NCBI GenBank assembly: GCA_021648085.1
Contig: JAKITS010000001.1
Coordinates: 452,948 to 516,947, forward strand
Length of the DNA: 64,000 bases
Reading direction: 5' to 3'
Source of the DNA: Candidatus Magasanikiibacteriota bacterium
GTDB lineage: Bacteria > Patescibacteriota > Patescibacteriia > Magasanikbacterales > UBA922
Shown in pieces: positions 27,571 to 37,472 of this stretch. Both the position numbers and the translations under genes were made by a program. The notes beneath the pieces were generated by a model. It was not told the DNA's origin. It saw nothing but the letters and a program-made list of their open reading frames with translations, and did no database searches. Positions within the stretch are counted from its first letter, which is position 1; the number at the start of each line of letters is the position of its first letter.

Positions 27571-29625
27571 TTATACCTTTTCCTTATTCTTCCTATTTTG
27601 CTGTTTTTTAAGTAATTTTATTTCATCTCTCAAAACAGTTGCCAACTCAAACTGCAATTCTTTTGCAGCTTTTTTCATTTCAAATTCCTTTTCTCTTATT
27701 ATTTTCTCAATTGGCCTGTCATCCCCTTTCAATTCTAATTCCAAAACTTTTTCCTGCAAAGTTAATTTTTTTGTTTTTTTGGAACTCTTCTTTTTCGTTG
27801 TAATTCCAAATTCCTCCAGCAAATTCTTTATTTCTTTTTCAATTGTTTTTGGAGTTATTTTATGTTTTTTATTATAAGCAAGTTGAATTTTTCTTCTTCT
27901 GTCTGTTTCTTTTATTGCTCGCCCCATAGAACCTGTAATTCTATCGGCATAAAGTATTACTTGTCCATCTACATTTCTAGCAGCACGACCAATAGTTTGC
28001 ACCAAGCTTGTTTCACTTCTCAAAAATCCTTCTTTATCTGCATCTAAAATTGCAACCAAAGAAACTTCTGGAATATCCAAACCCTCTCTCAACAAATTTA
28101 TACCAACCAAAACATCAAATTCGCCTCTGCGCAAACCGGTAATTATTTCAATTCGCTCCATAGTTTTTATGTCGCTGTGCAAATATTTTACTTTTATTCC
28201 TTTTTCTTCCAGATATCCACTCAAATCTTCTGCCATTTTTTTTGTAAGTGTTGTCACCAAAATTCTTCCACCACTCTCAACTTTTTTATCAATCATTTTC
28301 ATTAAATCATCTATTTGAGAAATATTTTTTGCAGTTTCTGTGACAGGCTTAATGATAATTTCTGGATCAATTAAACCAGTTGGACGCACAATTTGCTCCA
28401 CTATTTGACCGCTTCTTTCTAATTCATATTCAGCAGGAGTTGCAGAAGAATAGATAACCTTATCAGTCCTTTTTTCAAACTCCTCAAATTTTAATGGTCT
28501 ATTGTCTCGTGCACTCGGAAGTCTAAAACCATATTCCACCAAATTGTCTTTTCTAGCTTTATCACCCATATACATTGCGCGGATTTGTGGCATTGTCACA
28601 TGAGATTCATCTATAATTGTCAAAAAATCCCCAACTCCGTGTGTGAAATAATCCATAAGAGTGGCAGGCGGTTCGCCTGGCGCGCGCCCATCAAAATGCC
28701 TAGAATAATTTTCAATTCCGTTACAATATCCCAAATTTTTGATCAATTCCAAATCATAATTTACCCTTCTCTTCAACCTTTCATATTCCAAAACTTTTCC
28801 TTGTTTTTTAAATTTCTTCAATTGTTCATCTGCTTCTTTTCGAATTGTTTTTAAAGCTCGCGCACGCAAATCTGACCCAACTACATAATGCTTTGCCGGA
28901 AAAAACCAAGAATCTTCTTGCTCGCGAATTATCTTTCGAGTTATAGGGTCAATTATTTCAATTTTATCTATTTTTTCACCAATTTCAAATCTATAAATTT
29001 TCTCCTCGTTTGCTGGCATAATCTCAAAAAACTGCCCACGCATTCGAAAAGTTCCTCTTTTCAGTTCCAAACTTGTTCGCTCAAACTGCATTTCTATAAG
29101 TTGAGCCAACATTCCCCTTCTATCCATTTTTTGCCCACAAGTGAGGTGAAGTACAATCCTCTCATATTCTGCGGGTGAACCCAAACCATAAATAGCCGAA
29201 ACAGACGCAACAATAATTACATCTTTTCTACTCAAAATAGCCTGTGTACAAGCATGGCGAAGTCGCTCTATCTCATCATTTATCTGAGCTTCCTTTTCTA
29301 TATAAGTGTCCGATCCAGAAAGATATGCTTCTGGCTGATAATAATCATAATAACTTACAAAATATTCCACTGCACTGTCTGGAAAAAAACCCCTAAACTC
29401 TGTACAAAGTTGCGCCGCCAAAGTTTTGTTATGCGCAATCACCAAAGTTGGCAAACCTGTTTTTTCTATCACATTTGCCAAAGTAAAAGTCTTTCCAGAA
29501 CCAGTAACACCTAGCAAAGTCTGGTGTTCAATATTTTTGTTCAAACCACTCACCAACTGCTTTATAGCTTTGGGCTGGTCTCCTGCTGGCTTGTATTTAG
29601 ATTTTATTTTAAATCCTTTTTTCAT
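27571..29625 (-). CDS. uvrB: excinuclease ABC subunit B
   Basis: Helicase motifs (GVTGSGKTFTLANVI; DESHVT; …TIGRAARN). C-terminal UVR domain (KELQFELATVLRDEIKLLKK). The longest-ORF start (29646) lies inside a repeat element, so start MKKGFKIKSKYKPAGDQP at 29625 is preferred. Confidence 0.93.
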   Translation of the reverse strand: MKKGFKIKSKYKPAGDQPKAIKQLVSGLNKNIEHQTLLGVTGSGKTFTLANVIEKTGLPTLVIAHNKTLAAQLCTEFRGFFPDSAVEYFVSYYDYYQPEAYLSGSDTYIEKEAQINDEIERLRHACTQAILSRKDVIIVASVSAIYGLGSPAEYERIVLHLTCGQKMDRRGMLAQLIEMQFERTSLELKRGTFRMRGQFFEIMPANEEKIYRFEIGEKIDKIEIIDPITRKIIREQEDSWFFPAKHYVVGSDLRARALKTIRKEADEQLKKFKKQGKVLEYERLKRRVNYDLELIKNLGYCNGIENYSRHFDGRAPGEPPATLMDYFTHGVGDFLTIIDESHVTMPQIRAMYMGDKARKDNLVEYGFRLPSARDNRPLKFEEFEKRTDKVIYSSATPAEYELERSGQIVEQIVRPTGLIDPEIIIKPVTETAKNISQIDDLMKMIDKKVESGGRILVTTLTKKMAEDLSGYLEEKGIKVKYLHSDIKTMERIEIITGLRRGEFDVLVGINLLREGLDIPEVSLVAILDADKEGFLRSETSLVQTIGRAARNVDGQVILYADRITGSMGRAIKETDRRRKIQLAYNKKHKITPKTIEKEIKNLLEEFGITTKKKSSKKTKKLTLQEKVLELELKGDDRPIEKIIREKEFEMKKAAKELQFELATVLRDEIKLLKKQQNRKNKEKV

Positions 29626-29638
29626 AAGGTAATTCTCA

Positions 29639-29939
29639 CACGTCATATTGAGCTTGACTGGGGATCCAGGGTTTATATCACAGTTCTATTTTGTATACTC
29701 TGGATTCCCAGTCAAGCTGAGAATGACAGAAAACTTTTTCATGTCATATTGAGCGGAGTGAAACGGAGTCGAAATATCTTGGGACTATATCATTAGAACT
29801 TTGAATATTCAGTCTTCTAATGTTTTTGTTTCGAGATTCTTCGGCTGTCGCTCAGGATGGCGTGATAGAAAGGTGATATTGTCTCGAGATCCATTCTACT
29901 TCATTCCACTTTGCCTCATTCCGCTCAGGATGACATGTG
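29639..29939. repeat. cluster of three MITE-like repeats: 29639-29729 (~91 bp, TIR cacgtcatattgagcttgactggggatcc / ggattcccagtcaagctgagaatgacag), 29740-29873 (~134 bp, near-identical to 27260-27390 element), partial 29883-29939
   Basis: Direct sequence comparison. These fill the whole uvrB-rnj intergenic region. Confidence 0.6.
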
Positions 29940-30011
29940 TTGAATTTTCTTATTTTCTTTTTTTACTTTTTAATTTATAAACTTTTTAACTTCCTTTCTC
30001 TATCTAATCTG

Positions 30012-31367
30012 CTACCCAATTTCTACTTCCTCCTCATATTCAGGAATAAACACTTTCAAATCATATTTATCTCGAAGTCTGTGTGAAAGCTCGGTTGCAG
30101 AATGCTCTTCACCGTGAACCAAATAAACTTTTTCTGGTTTTTTCTCTCCACTATTTATCCATTCCATCAACTTTTTTTGGTCACCGTGTGCAGAAAGTGA
30201 ACCTATTGCTTTTATTGTTGCTCTTACTTCCATATACTTACCCATTACTTTTACATTTTCTGCGCCTTCATAAAGTTTTCTACCCAAAGTTCCGTGAGCT
30301 TGATAACCCACAAAAATAAGAGTTGAGTTTGGATCATCCAAATAACGCACAGCGTGATGCAAAATTCTTCCACCATTCATCATTCCTGCGCCAGCAATTA
30401 TTATTTTTGCACCTTTTTTACTATTTATTCTTTTTGATTCATCTCTAGTGTGAGTAATTTTCAAATTTGGAAACTGCAAAAAATCACCTTCAGTTTGGTA
30501 TTCTCGCATTGCTTCTTCATCATAATATTCTGGAAAAAGTTTATAAACTTTTGTAGCTTTTATTGCAAGTGGGCTATCCAAATAAATAGGTACTTTTGGC
30601 AAGGTATGATCGTGTTCACTCATTTTATGGAGTTGAAATAAAATCTGCTGAGTTCTTTCCAAAGAAAAGGCTGGAATCATAATTGCACCACCACGCTTTA
30701 CCCCTTCTTGGATCATTTTCAAAAGTTCTGCATACCCCTCTTCCACTGGCTCGTGTATTCTATCTCCATAAGTCGACTCGCAAACCACAACATCTACATT
30801 ACTTAGATTTTGTGTATCTTTTAAAATTGGTACATCGTCATTTCCAACATCTCCAGAAAATGCAATTTTCTTTTTACCATCTGTAATTTCTATAAAAGAA
30901 GACCCATAAATATGTCCCATATCCTTAAAAATTGCAGAAATACCATCTCCCAAATCTACATTATCATTATAATTTACACCCTTACATCTAGCTTTTGCAG
31001 TTTCTATATCTGCCTCAGAATAAAGAATAGGCACTTGAAATTTTCTATTGTTATATTCCATTATTCTAAAAGCATCTTCCCAAATCAAAGTAGCAAAAGC
31101 ACAAGTTGCTTTTGTCATAAAAATATCACCACTAAAACCATCTCTTATCAACTTTGGAATTCTACCAATATGATCTAGATGTGCATGTGTCACCAAAACA
31201 ACATCAATCTCTTTTGGAACAAAAGGAAAATCATCATGATTTCTACCTTCATTGAAATTGGAACCCTGAAACATTCCACAATCTACTAAAATATTCTTTC
31301 CGTTCGCCTCCAAAAGATGTGCCGAACCTGTCACTTGTCTATTTGCTCCACAAAATTTTATTTTCAT
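30012..31367 (-). CDS. beta-CASP metallo-beta-lactamase ribonuclease (RNase J-like)
   Basis: MBL motif VLVTHAHLDHIGRIP. N-terminal MKIKFCGANRQVTGSAHLLEANGKNILVDCGMFQG is typical of RNase J/CPSF-like nucleases. Later His/Asp residues are beta-CASP-like. 451 aa is shorter than canonical RNase J. Confidence 0.75.
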   Translation of the reverse strand: MKIKFCGANRQVTGSAHLLEANGKNILVDCGMFQGSNFNEGRNHDDFPFVPKEIDVVLVTHAHLDHIGRIPKLIRDGFSGDIFMTKATCAFATLIWEDAFRIMEYNNRKFQVPILYSEADIETAKARCKGVNYNDNVDLGDGISAIFKDMGHIYGSSFIEITDGKKKIAFSGDVGNDDVPILKDTQNLSNVDVVVCESTYGDRIHEPVEEGYAELLKMIQEGVKRGGAIMIPAFSLERTQQILFQLHKMSEHDHTLPKVPIYLDSPLAIKATKVYKLFPEYYDEEAMREYQTEGDFLQFPNLKITHTRDESKRINSKKGAKIIIAGAGMMNGGRILHHAVRYLDDPNSTLIFVGYQAHGTLGRKLYEGAENVKVMGKYMEVRATIKAIGSLSAHGDQKKLMEWINSGEKKPEKVYLVHGEEHSATELSHRLRDKYDLKVFIPEYEEEVEIG

Positions 31368-31466
31368 AGCATTTATTAAATATAATATTAGTTTAACATA
31401 TATAAAAAAATATTCTCAAATTTTACTTTATTATTTTCCTACTTTTTGCTATAATTCAAAGAGCTT

Positions 31467-32108
31467 ATGCGACAAAAAATAGACAGTGTAGAAATAAAAC
31501 AACCGCCTATTGGTGGACTAAGAAAAAAACCATCTTGCATAAAGCGTGGCTGTTTTATGAGTTGTGGCTTAATTGTATTATTTTTAATAGCAATTTTAGT
31601 TATTTTAAAATTTACAACAACAGAAAGACCAAGAGAATTAAAAGAACTTCCAGAATTTTTTCCAATAGAAATACCCATTTACGATGCAGACAATGTAGAC
31701 ACAATTACACTTCAGTCTGAGCACAAAAAAAATAAAGAATTAGAATTGGTATTAATGTTACCAAAAATTATTGTTTCTCCTATAGTTATATTAAAATCTG
31801 AAAATAAAGAAAGTTCGTGGAAAACTTTTACAGAATTTATCACGAAACCAATTATTCCCACAAAAGAAAATGTGACGATAGAATGGTTTGATTTATCTGC
31901 AAGTTCAGACTTTTTACAAGAATATTATGCAAAAGAATTCAAGAAAAATAACTTTAAAGTTCTAATCTCCAAAGATAATGGAAATAGAAGGCAATTTAGT
32001 TTTAAAAAAGAAGGTGTAAGCGGATTATTTTTTATAAATGATTCACCAAAAACAGAAGGAACAGACTACCTGTCACTTTCTGTAAAAATAATAAATACTC
32101 CAAAATAA
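31467..32108 (+). CDS. hypothetical membrane-anchored protein (213 aa), likely co-transcribed with corA
   Basis: Single TM (GLIVLFLIAILVILKF). Stop 1 nt before the corA start. Confidence 0.45.
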   Translation: MRQKIDSVEIKQPPIGGLRKKPSCIKRGCFMSCGLIVLFLIAILVILKFTTTERPRELKELPEFFPIEIPIYDADNVDTITLQSEHKKNKELELVLMLPKIIVSPIVILKSENKESSWKTFTEFITKPIIPTKENVTIEWFDLSASSDFLQEYYAKEFKKNNFKVLISKDNGNRRQFSFKKEGVSGLFFINDSPKTEGTDYLSLSVKIINTPK

Positions 32109-32109
32109 T

Positions 32110-33030
32110 ATGGCAATTCGTGTAATAAAACAAAAAAACCTAACATGGATAAATATAGACAAGGTGGATGAAGAAGCTTTGAAATACTTAATGGAAAATC
32201 ATAATTTCCATCATTTGGACTTGGAAGACCTACAGAGTGAAGCACAGACTCCAAAATTAGATGTTTACAAAAACTATCTTTTTGTTGTATTACAATTTCC
32301 AACTTGGCAACCCCATTCAAAGAGTATTTCCACACAAGAAATAGATGTTTTTTTGGGAGATGGATATTTAATAACTATTCAACATACAAAATCCAAAGAA
32401 ATGAAAAACTTCTTCTTTAGATGTATGCGAAACAGAAAAATAAAATCCGACTGGATGAGTAAAAGTTCTGGATATTTATTAAACAAAATACTAGAATCAC
32501 TTTTTTCAAATTCACAACCTATTTTAAACAATATGGGTCGCCAAATTTCTAAACTAGAAGAAGAAATTTTCAGCAAAGAACCAGACGGAAAAATCGTAAA
32601 AGAGTTAGCAATTCACAGAAGAAATATATTAAACTTTCGTAGAATTATAGATCCGCAAAGATATTTAATCTCAAACCTATCACACACAAGAAAATCATTT
32701 TTAGATGAATCGCTTACACTTTATTTTGACAATGTAAATGACTTTTTATCCAAAATCTGGTCCATTATTGAAAACTACAAAGAAACAGTAGATGGATTAC
32801 ATGTTACAGTAGAATCTTTGATAGCTCGTCGCACAAACCGTGTAGTTGCAACTCTTACTGCTATTTCTGTAGCACTACTTCCACTTACTTTACTTTCTGG
32901 AATTTATGGTATGAATATAGACAGCCTCCCTTTTTCACACAATCCATTTTATGTGTGGTTAATGTTCTTAGGTCTTGCAACTTTTATAATTGCAATTCTA
33001 ATTATTCTAAAAAAGAAACGACTAATATAA
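32110..33030 (+). CDS. corA: CorA-family Mg2+/Co2+ transporter
   Basis: Two C-terminal TM helices with YGMNIDSLPF (GMN motif). Confidence 0.85.
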   Translation: MAIRVIKQKNLTWINIDKVDEEALKYLMENHNFHHLDLEDLQSEAQTPKLDVYKNYLFVVLQFPTWQPHSKSISTQEIDVFLGDGYLITIQHTKSKEMKNFFFRCMRNRKIKSDWMSKSSGYLLNKILESLFSNSQPILNNMGRQISKLEEEIFSKEPDGKIVKELAIHRRNILNFRRIIDPQRYLISNLSHTRKSFLDESLTLYFDNVNDFLSKIWSIIENYKETVDGLHVTVESLIARRTNRVVATLTAISVALLPLTLLSGIYGMNIDSLPFSHNPFYVWLMFLGLATFIIAILIILKKKRLI

Positions 33031-33046
33031 CCTATATACCACAAAT

Positions 33047-34660
33047 ATGATTCGCAGGCTTTTTTCTAGTCAAATTAAAAGCATAACTGGGGCTGCCATT
33101 CTACTTGGATCAGCTTCTTTTGTTAGTCGTATTATTGGAGTTTTGCGTGACAGGATTTTTGCACACGAATTTGGAGCAGGCCCAACATTAGACGCATATT
33201 ATGCAGCTTTTAGAATTCCAGACTTAGTTTACAATTTATTAGTTATCGGTGCACTTTCAGCTGGTTTTATTCCAGTATTTTTGAAAGTTTACGAAAAAAA
33301 TAAAAAGAAAGCTTGGGAAGTCACAAACGGAATAATTCATATTCTTGGACTTGGACTAATTATAACCTGCACAATTCTTTTTATTTTTACACCGCAAATA
33401 GTACCACTCTTAGTTCCTGGTTTTAGCGGAGAAAAATTGAAACTAACAATAATACTTACCCGCATAATGTTTTTTAGCCCATTTTTACTTGGGCTTAGTA
33501 GTGTTGTAAGTGGGGTTTTGCAAGCCACAAAATCTTTTTTTATTTATGCTCTAACTCCAATAATGTATAACTTGGGAATTATAGTTGGTGCTTTATTTTT
33601 TGTTCCTATTTTTGGTGAGATTGGCTTGGCATTTGGTGTAATTCTTGGAGCACTTATGCATTTACTTATCCAACTACCCACTTTTTTCAAACAAGGTTAT
33701 AGGTATAAATTTGTCTTCAACTTAAAAGATAAATTTGTACGAGAAATTGCAAAATTAATGGTTCCACGAACTTTAGGACTCGCCACAAGTCAACTTCATA
33801 TTTTAGTAATTACTTATCTTGCTTCCACACTTTCCGAAGGAAGTCTTACTATTTTCAACTTCGCAAATAACTTGCAACACTTCCCTATTGGAATTATCGG
33901 CTACTCTTTTGCAATTGCTGCGTTTCCAACACTTTCATATTTGGCAGCAAAAAATAAAAAAGAAGAAATTTCTCAACATATTTCTTCTACAACTCGACAA
34001 ATATTGTTTTTAATAATTCCACTCACTATTATATTCCTACTTTTGCGTGCTCAGATTGTACGCGTAGTTTTAGGAAGTGGCGCTTTCGATTGGACTGCCA
34101 CAATTTTAACTGCAAACACTTTAGCATTTTTCACACTTTCACTTTTTGCCCAATGTCTAATTCCACTTTTTGCCAGAACTTTTTATGCTTTAGAAGACAC
34201 AATGACGCCGTTTATAATTAGTTTTATTGCAGCTGGCGTAAATATAGCTTTGGGGATTTACCTCAAAGATATTTTAGGAGTTGCCGGTTTGGCCTTAGCC
34301 TTTTCCGCAGCAATGATAATTCAACTTTCATTTTTATGGTTATTTTTAAAATTAAAACTAGGAAGTTTGGGAGAAGTAGTTATTTTAAAATCTTTAAATA
34401 AAATAATCTTTTCCGCTTTTTGGATGGCAATTACAATTCAAGTATTAAAAACTCCTCTATCGAATATGTTTAATATGACTACTTTCAAAGGAATTTTAGC
34501 TCAAGGGTTTTTTGCAGGAATGTCTGGAATATTTGTTTATATTATAATATGCTATTTATTGAAATTACCAGAATTAAAACATATTCTAAGTAGTCTTACC
34601 AAAAAGTGGCTTAAACTTAGAAATGTCCAAGCCGAGATAAATGAGGCTGACGAGGTTTAA
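33047..34660 (+). CDS. murJ: lipid II flippase MurJ (MviN)
   Basis: N-terminus …AAILLGSASFVSRIIGVLRDRIFAHEFGAGPTLDAYYAAFRIPDLVYNLL is a hallmark of MurJ. 14 TM helices. Confidence 0.9.
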   Translation: MIRRLFSSQIKSITGAAILLGSASFVSRIIGVLRDRIFAHEFGAGPTLDAYYAAFRIPDLVYNLLVIGALSAGFIPVFLKVYEKNKKKAWEVTNGIIHILGLGLIITCTILFIFTPQIVPLLVPGFSGEKLKLTIILTRIMFFSPFLLGLSSVVSGVLQATKSFFIYALTPIMYNLGIIVGALFFVPIFGEIGLAFGVILGALMHLLIQLPTFFKQGYRYKFVFNLKDKFVREIAKLMVPRTLGLATSQLHILVITYLASTLSEGSLTIFNFANNLQHFPIGIIGYSFAIAAFPTLSYLAAKNKKEEISQHISSTTRQILFLIIPLTIIFLLLRAQIVRVVLGSGAFDWTATILTANTLAFFTLSLFAQCLIPLFARTFYALEDTMTPFIISFIAAGVNIALGIYLKDILGVAGLALAFSAAMIIQLSFLWLFLKLKLGSLGEVVILKSLNKIIFSAFWMAITIQVLKTPLSNMFNMTTFKGILAQGFFAGMSGIFVYIIICYLLKLPELKHILSSLTKKWLKLRNVQAEINEADEV

Positions 34661-34669
34661 AAAACAAAA

Positions 34670-34700
34670 AAAACCCTTGCAACCTGTTAAAGTCGCAAGG
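34670..34700. terminator. bidirectional terminator hairpin cccttgc…gcaaggg
   Basis: aaaaaaaacccttgcaacctgttaaagtcgcaagggtt lies between convergent genes. Confidence 0.5.
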
Positions 34701-34707
34701 GTTAGAA

Positions 34708-35037
34708 TCAGCACTCGTCCTTCTCCTCTTTGAAAAGCTCCAAAAGATCTTTTAGCTTTTGAGCATAATTACTAAAATTATACTTTTCAGTAAAAACTAG
34801 AAGTGATTCTAGCTCGCTGATAAGCACATCGAAATCTGTTTCATTATCTTGCACATTTGCAAGTAAAACGAAACAAATTTCCACTCTTATGATAAGCGGA
34901 TCAATAGTACATCCACCCTCAATCATTTTCAAAAAACAATAATCTAGAATTCCCAATACCATCTGAAACGCTGGAATTCTGTTATTATTTTTTTTCATTT
35001 TTTCCTCCTTTTTTGTAAAAATAAAAGAACTTATCAA
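34708..35037 (-). CDS. hypothetical protein
   Basis: ORF only. The start is probably the internal MKKNNNRIPAF. Confidence 0.4.
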   Translation of the reverse strand: MISSFIFTKKEEKMKKNNNRIPAFQMVLGILDYCFLKMIEGGCTIDPLIIRVEICFVLLANVQDNETDFDVLISELESLLVFTEKYNFSNYAQKLKDLLELFKEEKDEC

Positions 35038-35183
35038 TAAATCCTATCACAAAAAAACACTTTTGTCAAGTCAAGCCCTTGATTTTTATGTAAAAATAGG
35101 ATAACATAAGGACTACTACTATATACTTTTTTAGTAATAAAATTCCATATTTTTTGTAAAAAAATAGTATTAGTTTAAAATAT

Positions 35184-36974
35184 ATGAATGAGATAAAAAA
35201 CTTTTGCATAATTGCACATATTGACCATGGAAAGTCTACTTTGGCAGACCGTTTTTTGGAGATCACAAATACAATAGATAAAAGAAGGACAGGAACTCAG
35301 ATATTAGACACAATGGAGCTAGAACAAGAGCGTGGAATAACAATCAAACTTCAACCTGTGAGAATGCAATTTAAAAATCACACACTAAATCTAATCGACA
35401 CTCCTGGGCATGTAGACTTCACATACGAAGTCTCTAGGTCTCTTGCTGCGGTAGAGGGTGCAATTCTTTTGGTAGATGCATCGCAAGGCGTGCAGGCTCA
35501 AACTATTGGAAATCTATACCTTGCAATGGAGCAAGATTTGGAAATTATTCCAATTTTAAACAAAATAGACTTGCCAAATGCAGATGTGGAAAAAGTTAGT
35601 GAAGAAATTATACATCTTATTGGTTGCAGAAAAGAAGATATTTTAAAATGTTCAGCAAAAACAGGAGAAGGTGTTGAGCAAATTTTAGATAAAATTATAG
35701 AAAAAGTTCCAAGCCCAAAAACAGAACTAAAAGAAAAAATACTTCGAGCATTGATTTTTGACTCAACTTACGACGATTACCGCGGAGTTATAGCTTCTGT
35801 TAGGGTTGTTGATGGTGAGATGACGAAAGGGGATAAATTGAAATTTATAGGAACAAAAAATGAAGCAGAAGTTTTGGAAACTGGTTTTTATTCTCCAGAG
35901 CTTACACCATCTGAAAAATTAGAAAATGGACAAATTGGTTTTGTGGTCACAGGAATAAAAGATATTGGAAGTGTTCGCGTTGGAGATACAATTACATTCA
36001 AAAAAGAAGGTTCCATTGAAGGACTACCTGGATATAAAGAAGTAAAACCAATGGTTTTTGCTGGAATTTTTCCAAAAGAAGGTGATGACTATTCTACTCT
36101 TCGTGATGCAATGGACAGATTGAAATTGAGTGACTCTGCTTTAAGTTATGAGCCTGAACACTCCCAAGCTTTAGGTTTTGGTTTTCGTTGTGGTTTTTTA
36201 GGAATGCTTCATTTGGATATTTTCCAAGAAAGACTAAAAAGAGAGTTTGGTCTTCATATTATAGTCACGGTTCCAAGTGTTGCGTACGAAGTTTACAAAA
36301 CATCTGGCGATAATATTATTATCAAAAGTCCTCAAGATCTTCCACTCAGAACACAAATAAAATATATAAAAGAACCTTGGATGGTTGTGGATATAATTAC
36401 ACCAAGCAATTATATTGGAAATGTAATGGGTCTTGTTTCTGATAGAAAAGGAAGGTATTTGAATACAGAATACCTAAGTGCAGGAAATCAAAATCGTGCG
36501 ATGCTTCACTATGAAATGCCATTAGCTTCGCTTATCACGGATTTTTATGATAAACTAAAAACAGTGACAAGTGGTTATGCTTCACTAAATTACGAGCTAA
36601 AAAACTACGAAAAAGCAAATGTTGTGAAGCTAGATATTATAGTTTCAGAAGAACCAGTAGAATCACTTTCCACACTTGTGTGGGAAGGAGAAGCACATAA
36701 AATTGGAAAACAAATTGTAAAATCCCTAAGAGACACACTACCAAAACAGCAATTTGTCATAAAAATTCAAGCCGCAATTGGTGGAAAAATAGTTGCAGCA
36801 GAAAGAATTAGTGCACTTCGCAAAGATGTGACAGCAAAACTTTATGGTGGGGATGTCACAAGAAAACGCAAACTACTAGAAAAACAAAAAAAAGGTAAAA
36901 AAAGAATGCTCGCAATGGGAAAAGGTAAAGTAGATATTCCAACAGAAGCATATTTAGCAGTTCTTAAGCGTTAA
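35184..36974 (+). CDS. lepA: elongation factor 4 (LepA)
   Basis: G-domain motifs AHIDHGKST, DTPGHVDF, NKIDL. LepA-specific C-terminal domain. Confidence 0.95.
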   Translation: MNEIKNFCIIAHIDHGKSTLADRFLEITNTIDKRRTGTQILDTMELEQERGITIKLQPVRMQFKNHTLNLIDTPGHVDFTYEVSRSLAAVEGAILLVDASQGVQAQTIGNLYLAMEQDLEIIPILNKIDLPNADVEKVSEEIIHLIGCRKEDILKCSAKTGEGVEQILDKIIEKVPSPKTELKEKILRALIFDSTYDDYRGVIASVRVVDGEMTKGDKLKFIGTKNEAEVLETGFYSPELTPSEKLENGQIGFVVTGIKDIGSVRVGDTITFKKEGSIEGLPGYKEVKPMVFAGIFPKEGDDYSTLRDAMDRLKLSDSALSYEPEHSQALGFGFRCGFLGMLHLDIFQERLKREFGLHIIVTVPSVAYEVYKTSGDNIIIKSPQDLPLRTQIKYIKEPWMVVDIITPSNYIGNVMGLVSDRKGRYLNTEYLSAGNQNRAMLHYEMPLASLITDFYDKLKTVTSGYASLNYELKNYEKANVVKLDIIVSEEPVESLSTLVWEGEAHKIGKQIVKSLRDTLPKQQFVIKIQAAIGGKIVAAERISALRKDVTAKLYGGDVTRKRKLLEKQKKGKKRMLAMGKGKVDIPTEAYLAVLKR

Positions 36975-37444
36975 ATATTCACTTTCCTGTCATTTCGAAC
37001 TAAAGTGAGAAATCCCTTAAATGTTGATTTAAATATATTCTTTTTTAGCGATAACAACAAAATTCTCTTATCTTACATTTTGGCACCAAAAGATAATCAA
37101 AAGTGCCGAACGGTTGAAAATTTTAGGCTTAATTTCTTTTTAAAACTTATTTAACTCACCGCAGTTCGCTAAATTCGTTATTTTCTGTATCCTCAGAAAA
37201 CCATAAGTTTTGAAAATAAATTAGTCCAAAAATTTCAAATGTTCGGGAGGTTTAGAATAGGAAAAGAAAAGAACATTTCGAACAAGCGAAGCGATAGAAC
37301 AACTTTAACTTTAAAAAATATGAAACACAAAAGTAAAACATTTAAAATATTCTGGACAATCGTAAGTATTGTAATGATTGTAAGTATGGTTTTCTTTACT
37401 ATCTTGCCAGTCTTTTACTAATCTGAGTTTTTGTTCTAAAATAG

Positions 37445-37472
37445 ACAGACAATTAAAATTGTCTGTTTTTTA
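37445..37472 (+). terminator. terminator hairpin acagacaatt-aa-aattgtctgt + T6 downstream of a possible small membrane-peptide ORF (37323-37421)
   Basis: Perfect 10-bp stem and a T-run abutting the annotated recJ ATG. Confidence 0.45.

Noticed and set aside
29626-29646. Longest-ORF start of uvrB (MTCENYL…) at 29646
   Set aside because: These codons lie inside the terminal inverted repeat of a MITE-like element (cacgtcatattgag…). The conserved UvrB N-terminus begins at the next ATG (MKKGFKIKSKYKPAGDQP, 29625).
37239-37421. 60-aa ORF between lepA and recJ as a confident gene
   Set aside because: Only the last ~33 codons (MKHKSKTFKIFWTIVSIVMIVSMVFFTILPVFY) look like a plausible small membrane peptide, and there is no clear RBS. 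A terminator follows it, so it is mentioned but not called as a CDS.
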